From the human T2T-CHM13v2.0 reference genome, Homo sapiens, in the NCBI RefSeq assembly GCF_009914755.1, contig NC_060925.1: 64,000 nt of DNA. One strand, 5' to 3'. How positions within the stretch are numbered: the first letter of the stretch is position 1; each line of letters starts with the position of its first letter. The notes beneath the pieces are model-generated. The model had not been told where the DNA came from, ran no database searches, and worked only from the letters and a program-made list of their open reading frames with translations. The position numbers and the translations under genes were made by a program. Below are positions 57,295-64,000 of this stretch, piece after piece.

Positions 57295-60200
57295 AAGAAT
57301 TCTGCTTTCAGCCAAGATGGAATAACAGAGGCCACACTTACCTGCGTGCCTGAAACAGCTAAAAAGCAGACAAAAGATATGAAACAACAGTTTCCAAAAG
57401 ATCAGGTAGTAAGTGAAAAAAGACAGTGATCCCTAAGAGATGGGAAATAGCTCTATGCTTTCCCCAGCTTATTGCCTGAACAGAGATTACAAGCTGGTGG
57501 CAGGAATGGGGAAGCCAGGCTTCTATCTGTCTTCATGAGTTGAGGAGACTGGGCTAGAATATGGGGAAAATGAGGCAGCTGCAGTTTTCAGGGCAGAGTA
57601 CGGCAGATGAGAGAACTAGACAGGATGACAACACTGGAGATTTGCAGAGAGCCTGATCAAGTCTTCAGCTGAGTACCTATTACCACATGTGTGTGAGAAA
57701 ACTTCAACCTTAAGGCTGAAACACAGCCAAAAGGATTTGAGGGAACAATCCTGCAACTCAAACAGTTCTTACTCCCACCAGTCAGAATGGGAAAACAAAT
57801 CAGTCATGAGGCATCAGATAGATTATTCAGGAGGATCTGCGTTAGCTGTGGGGGAATGTTGGCCCTAGACTAAATGGAGCTTTGCTTATTTTTAACAAGC
57901 TTAAGAGCAATACTTGAAAGGCATATATCTATGTTACTTAACTATACCCCCAAAGCAAAATTTAATAGTATTTATGAGAATACAAAGCTATCAAGTGCCC
58001 CAAAAGGCAAAATTCACAATGTCTTGCATTCAATCAGAAATTTCCAAGCCAGAAAGCAGGAAAATAAGACCTATAGTAAGTATAAGAAGCAATAAAAACC
58101 AACTTAGAACTGACACAAATTACATATTTAGCAGACATGGACAATAAGAAGAGTTATAACATTATTTCACATGTTCAGAAATATAGGAGAAAGACTGAAA
58201 ATAATAAGGAGGGCCAAGGAAGATATACAAAAGACCAAAACTGAACTTCTAGAGATGAAAATTACAATGTGTGAGATGAAAACTACACTTCTACACTAGA
58301 TAGCTGAAATAGCAGATTAGACACTGCGGAAAAAAGATTGCTAACTTGAGGAAGTAGAAATACAGATTATCCAAAATGAAACACACAGAGAAAAATAATA
58401 ATATAAAAAATGAACACAGCGTCAGTGAACTATAGGAAAACTTCAAGGTGCATGTAATTGGAGTATTTGAAAATGAGTGGGGATCAGAAAAGTATTTGAA
58501 GAAATAAAAGGCCAAATTTCTTCCAAATGTGATTACTACTATAAATCCATAGATCCAAGAAGCTCAACAAACTTCAAGCACAAGAGACATGAAGAAAAGT
58601 ATACTGAGGGACAGCATAGTAAAATTTCTCAAAGACAGTGATAAAGAGAAAATTATAAAAGCAACCAGAAGAAAAGGACACATTACTTACAGAGGACCAA
58701 CAATAAAGAGGGCAGCAGATATCTCATCAAAAATAATGCCAGTCAAGTGACAGTGAGCAATATCTTTAATAAACTGTCTATAGTCAGTGAAAATAATTTT
58801 CATCAGTGAAGGCAAAATAAAAATGTTTTTAGATATACAGAAGCTGAAAGAATTCATCACTAGATGAAATGTGGAACAGGAAATGTTAAAGGCAGGCAGA
58901 AGGAAAATGTTACCAGCTGGAAGTACGGATCTAGACATTTAGGGATAAAAAGCTCTGAAAATGATAAGTATGTGGGAAATATATATATTTTTCTCATTAT
59001 TTAAATTTCTTTAAGAGAGAATTGACTACTATTCATTATGTAGAAACAGATGTATGACAACTTTAGTACAAAGAATGGAGGTGCTGTTGTGAGGTTCCTA
59101 TAGTAAACATGAAGTGGTACAATGCCACTTGAAAGAAGGCTGTAATAAGTTAAAAGTGTTACTATAAACCTTCAGGCAAAGACCAAAATAAAAAAGCAAA
59201 GAATTATAAGTAAGAAGCCAACAAAGAAGATAAAATATAATTATAAAACTCACCTAATTAATCCAAAAGAAACCAGAAGAAAAGGAAAAAGGAAAAAAGA
59301 ACTAACGGAAGAAATAGAAAACAAATAGAAATATGGTAAATTTAAACCCAGCCGTAGCAGTAATCACCTTAAATGTGTCCAATTAAAAGGCAGAGGTTGT
59401 CATATATTGGATAAAATAGCAAGACCCAGCTATAGGCTGTCTATAAGAAACTCACTTTAAATATAAAGATAGAAACAGGTTAAAAGCAAGGGAAGGAAAA
59501 ATATATACCATGGAATACTAATCAAAAGAAAGCTGAAGCGTCTTTATTAATAACAGATGAAGTGAACTTCAATGCAAATAATATCAGGGATAAAGAGTGT
59601 CATTTCTTGATGATAAAGGTGTCAAATTACCTAGAGGACACATCAATCCTAAATGTTTGCAAACCTGATAACAGAGGTTCAAAATTCGTGAAGGAAAACT
59701 GACAAAACTTCAAGGAGAAATAAACAACTTACAATTGAATTCACAGTACCTCTCTCTCAGTAATTGAGAGAACAAATAGAGAAAATTAGTAAGGATATAG
59801 AAGACTTGAACAACACTATCAACAAACTTAATCTAATTGGCATTAATAGAACATTCTACCCAGCACCAGCAGAATACACATTCTTTTCAAGGGCACACAG
59901 AACATTTACCAAGATAGATGATATCATGGGCTATATAAAACAAATCTCAAATTTTCAAAGGATTAAAGTCACACAAAGTATGCTCTCCAATTATGGTAGA
60001 ATTAAGTTAGAAAGCAATAATAGAAAGATATCTAGAAAATACCCAGATATTTGGAAAGTAAACAACATAGTTCTAAATCATCCATGGTACAAAGACATCC
60101 AAAGGGAAATTAGGAAGTTTCTTGAACTGAATGACAATTAAAATGTAACATGAAAATTTGTGAAATGCTGCTAAAGCAGAAGTTAGAGGGAAATTGTACA

Positions 60201-60704
60201 CAAATATTCAGAGCAGTTCTGTTTGTAATAGTTAAGAACTGGAGACAACATAAATGTTGATTAACAGAGTCATCAAGGGATAAACAAATTGTGGTGTATA
60301 CATAGAAGGGAATACTACTCATATATAAAAAAGAATTTACTATTGGAACATACAACAATATGGATAAATCTCAAAATAATTATGCTGAGTGAAAGAAGCC
60401 AGAAAAAATGACGACAACATATGGTAGGTTTCCATTTATATAAAATTCCAGAAAATGTAAACCAATCTTTAGCGATGAAAAATAGCTCAGTGGTTTTCTA
60501 GGGACAGGGTTGGGTGAGCATTACCTTTGCAGGTCAGAATTACAAAGGGGCACAAGAAAACTTTTGGGGGTGATGAATAGCCATTATTTTGATTGTGGTA
60601 ATAGTTTCACAGAAGCATAAAGATGTCAACATGTATCAAATTGTACACTTAAATATATTCAGTTTATTGTATGTCAATTGTACCGCAATAAGAATGCTAA
60701 AAAT
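57295..60704 (+). mobile_element. Old L1M (MC/MD-like) with both ends, RT region deleted
   Basis: 5' YY1 motif gccaagatgg, ORF1-like region, ORF2 endonuclease remnant (ORF 59764-60141), jump to the ORF2 end/3' UTR at ~60195. TSD aaatgatagc/aaatcttagc. Confidence 0.85.
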
Positions 60705-62094
60705 AAATCTTAGCTATTTTTAATATTTTGTCTCAGGCATAGCGCTAAGATAAGAACTGTTATACTTTTTTGGTGATATTTTACTTTTAAATAAGACATG
60801 AGAGTGATTCTATTAGTATTCCCTTTTTTGGAAAAAGGACACTTATGTATAGTAAAGTGACTAGTGTAATGTCATACTACATGCCAGTAGGTGACAGAGC
60901 CAGGATCTTATCCCAAGTCAATTATACTCCAGAAACCAGGCAATTGAGATCCGGGATGCAAATTTCCAATCTTATTTTGGTTGCTATATTTGACCCAAAT
61001 CATAGTGACATTTGCACGGAGCCCTGGAAAGTAAAGAGACATCCTGGCAGAACTCTCTGTAGTGGGGGTGAGAGTAGAGGCTCTGTGTTCCTGGGGAGAT
61101 AATTAAAATCCTGAATTGTGCCTCTGAATGAGAGACAGCAAACAGCCGTGTGTTACTCCATGGTGGTGGAGAAGGAGAGGTGCTGGTTCACAGACAGCGT
61201 CAGGTTCCACAGGGTCATGGAGCCAGCGCTTGGTGGAACTGGGATTGACTCCCAGTTCTGCCTCTCCAAAGCCTGTGTCCTGCCTTCACTCCTCCACCCA
61301 CCCTAGTTTCATCTCTGAGCCTCCTTTACAACTTTGAGCTTTTCTGATTCTGAGAATTCTGAAGTAGGTAAGAACCTTCAAAGGAAGGGAAAAGGGACAA
61401 GATCCCTCCAGCAGGAGTGACCGACTCTTGAAGAGGCACAACGGAAATTAAACAGCAGACCCCCAACTTCACTCAGCTCTAACAGAGGAGGTTTTGACCG
61501 TAAGCAAGTTTCTTTAATTTCTCTGAGCCTCAGATTCCTTAGCTATAAAATGGGGCTACTTTCACTCAGGTGGTTCTGATGAGGCTCAGAACAGGATGCA
61601 ACTCACAGTCCAGTCACTCATACCGCAGTGGGGCAGCACCTCCTTCTTAGAGAACGAGAAGATTCAGAGGCTCTGCTTCTCTCTCTCTCCAGCCCCTGTC
61701 CCCCTAAACTTTCTCTAAGAACCACAGAAGAAAACATGCTTATCCCAGGGCTTTGGTCCTGAGAATGCAGGCAGATGGCACTGAATTAGCAGCCCGGCAG
61801 ACCCAGGAGGTTCCAAACACGATCAGCTCAAACAGCCTGGATCTCCTCTCTTCCTCCAGCCTAGTGTGGGAACAGCCCTGGGTCAGTGCCCCTCCCCACT
61901 CTCCTCCTGACCAGGCATCAGGTCAGCCAGAGGCCTAGAGAGAGGCCTCAGAATCATGGGTCTCAGGAGGAGGCTCAGAGTGACAAGACATCGTCCATCA
62001 CCATTGTGGAGGGTCAGACAGCTGTGCCGTCCAGGAGTTCACGCTACCCTTCACAGTGTGGGGCCAGTGCTGGGCAGGGGCTGCCCAACTAAGG

Positions 62095-62452
62095 ATGATG
62101 TGGCCCAGCCCCCCTGCATCTAGGTGGGGCCACCATATAGCTCTGGCCAGTGGAATGTGGGTGGAAATGATATGGACCCCTCTGGTCGAGGTGGTTAATA
62201 ATCTGTGCACCTGCTCCTCACTCACTTCCCCTTCCCTGGTGCCCCTGGAGGTCATGCATGTAGATGACATCATTCCAGGTCAAAGATCCTGGATCCCTGC
62301 ATTACCACTTGGAGGAGGCACCCCCTGGAGGAAATGCCCCAGGCCAGCAGCAGCCACTTGGGCTTTGCCTAGGAGAGAAATAAACTCTTCCTGGGTGACG
62401 TCACTGGGATGTGGGGGCTGTTTGTTACATACCTCACCATCCTGACTGATAC
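62095..62452 (+). mobile_element. Old MLT1 (I/J-like) LTR
   Basis: ctggccagtggaatgtgggtggaa...gagaaataaactc...ctgtttgttac...cctgactgataca. Confidence 0.75.
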
Positions 62453-62474
62453 AGCCCAGCCCCATTCCTCGTCC

Positions 62475-62830
62475 CTCCATCCAGCAGTTATCAATGGGGC
62501 TCCTCTGTGTGCTAGACTCTGTGCTGAGGATGGGGACACAGCTGTGACTGAGATCTACCAGGTCCCTGCCATCACAGGGCTCTTGGCTGCAGTTGGGGGA
62601 ACAGCCAAGTAAAATGAGCAAATGAACAACAAAATAATTCCATGCTGTGAAAAGGGCCAGGAAAGGAAGAGAAGGATGATGAGAAACAAATGCCAGATCT
62701 GGGGAGGTCATGTTGGGAGGGGAAAGGGACCTGGGAAGGGAGGCTTGAAAGTGTGCGAGGGAAAGAAGGAGCTGCAGGGTGGAGGCGGTTCCTGCAGAGA
62801 GGACAGAGGGGCAGTCCTGACCAAGCCTGG
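62475..62830 (-). mobile_element. L2 3' part
   Basis: gtgctagactctgtgctgaggatggggacacagctgtga...ggtccctgccatcacagggctc. Confidence 0.6.
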
Positions 62831-63719
62831 CCACACACTGCCAGCTTTATGAAAATTACTTTATCCTTACAACAATTGGGGGAACGGGGCTGTTATTGTC
62901 TTAGATTTATAGGGGAGGGAACTGTGGTCCCAGAGAGGTGAAGGGAAGGGGCCAAGTCACACAGCCAGGAAGGGTCAGGGTCAGGGTCAGGTTCAGAGGA
63001 AGAGCTTGGCGGCCTGACTTGACTGAACACCAAGATCCTTTGGGATGGCCTAGAAGGCCCCTCTAACCCCCAGGAATATGACCCTAAGGGCTGCAGAAAG
63101 CCTTTGGGGCCAGAAACATAGTCTAAGGGAATAGGGAGAACCCAGGGCCCGCCGGATCTGACCTGTGCTCTCCCCAGCTAGCTGTGTGACTCGGGCAATG
63201 CATATAACTTCTCTGGGCCTCAGCTTCCTCATCTATAAGGTGGGAAGCCGCACCACCACTCAGGGCTGGGGTGGGAGTGAGGGAGAGGAGGTGAGTCAGT
63301 GCCTCCAACCTCAGAGCCCAGGGCCTGGTTCTCTGCTGTTGCCTTCATCCAACAGGGGTTTACTGAGCTCGATGATGTACACGCTCTGTGTCCTGGGCTT
63401 CATGTCCCGGATCCCCCCAAGGCTGAGACACAGGAGGATTGTGCACTAGACGGAACACCACGGGAGCAGGGGCCCCATCTGTCCCCACCACTCTGTCTCT
63501 GGCACCTAGAATGGCAGTGCCTGTCATACTCCAGACACCTGCTACATATTTGTTGAGTGAACAGAATATTCCAATTTTATAGACAAGGAAGCTGAGTCCT
63601 GAGGAGTTCAAGGAATGCCTCAAGGCCAATGTCTCTCTTCCTGTCCTGGAGATGAGTCCTCGAGTGTCAGCACCCCCAGGAAAAGCCTTTTGTGCATGGA
63701 TGACCTGGGAAACTCATTC

Positions 63720-63815
63720 AGGTGCAGATTCAGATTCTGGTCTGGGGTGGGGCCTGGCATTCTGCATTTCTGGCAAGTCTCCAGGTGATGCCCATGGGCC
63801 GGGCACCACCCCCTG
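63720..63815. mobile_element. MER5A-like fragment
   Basis: ggtctggggtggggcctggcattctgcatttct...ccaggtgatgc. Confidence 0.7.
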
Positions 63816-63892
63816 AGCCCTGAGGAACCAGAACTCAGGACCTAGCCAGACTGACGCCATGCTGGGCAGTCAACCTTCACATTGAGCGTTGA

Positions 63893-63973
63893 GTGGGTGG
63901 GGCCATCCAGGAGGCTTCCTGGAAGTGGGTGGGGCCATCCAGGAGGCTTCCTGGAAGTCGGTGGGGCCAACCC
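63893..63973. repeat. 32-bp tandem repeat, ~2.5 copies
   Basis: gtgggtggggccatccaggaggcttcctggaa occurs twice exactly (63893-63924, 63925-63956), plus a partial third copy. Confidence 0.95.
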
Positions 63974-64000
63974 AAATCCTCAGAGGTGGCCCTGATTGGG

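Noticed and set aside
59764-60141. 125-aa endonuclease-like ORF
   Set aside because: Decayed L1 ORF2 fragment with stops and frameshifts on both sides.
61768-61781. CTCF-like caggcagatggcac (also cacccagagggcag near 17490)
   Set aside because: Mismatches at key 5' positions; such matches are common by chance.
63893-63973. Palindromic ~32-bp repeat as a CRISPR-like array
   Set aside because: Units abut with no spacers, there are only ~2.5 copies, and the context is eukaryotic with no cas genes.

Overview
Primate, most likely human, non-coding genomic DNA. Evidence: AluJ/S/Y elements, an L1PA2-type 3' end, THE1/MST/MLT1 MaLR LTRs, and MIR, L2 and MER58/MER53 fossils. I find no protein-coding gene, RNA gene, CRISPR array or CpG island. 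The ORFs in the supplied track are chance ORFs or read through repeats (Alu, L1 ORF2). The window has four parts. (1) ~1-12.5 kb is AT-rich: a decayed ERV1 (MER4-group-like) 3' half with an env TM remnant, a polypurine tract and an LTR, followed by old L1s peppered with Alus. (2) ~12.5-49 kb is GC-richer and MIR/L2/MaLR-dense, with several repeat-free, motif-dense islands that look like enhancers. (3) ~49-61 kb is a deeply nested L1/LTR block. (4) ~61-64 kb returns to MIR/L2/MaLR-type sequence. I could not support a new biological system. The best-supported unusual observations concern genome dynamics: two neighbouring Alus sharing private mutations (one a TSD-less AluYg6-like chimera), an old L1 3' transduction, a cryptic TSD at a young L1, and a five-level nested insertion. 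Repeat subfamily names are from recalled consensus sequences, and boundaries of old repeats are approximate.
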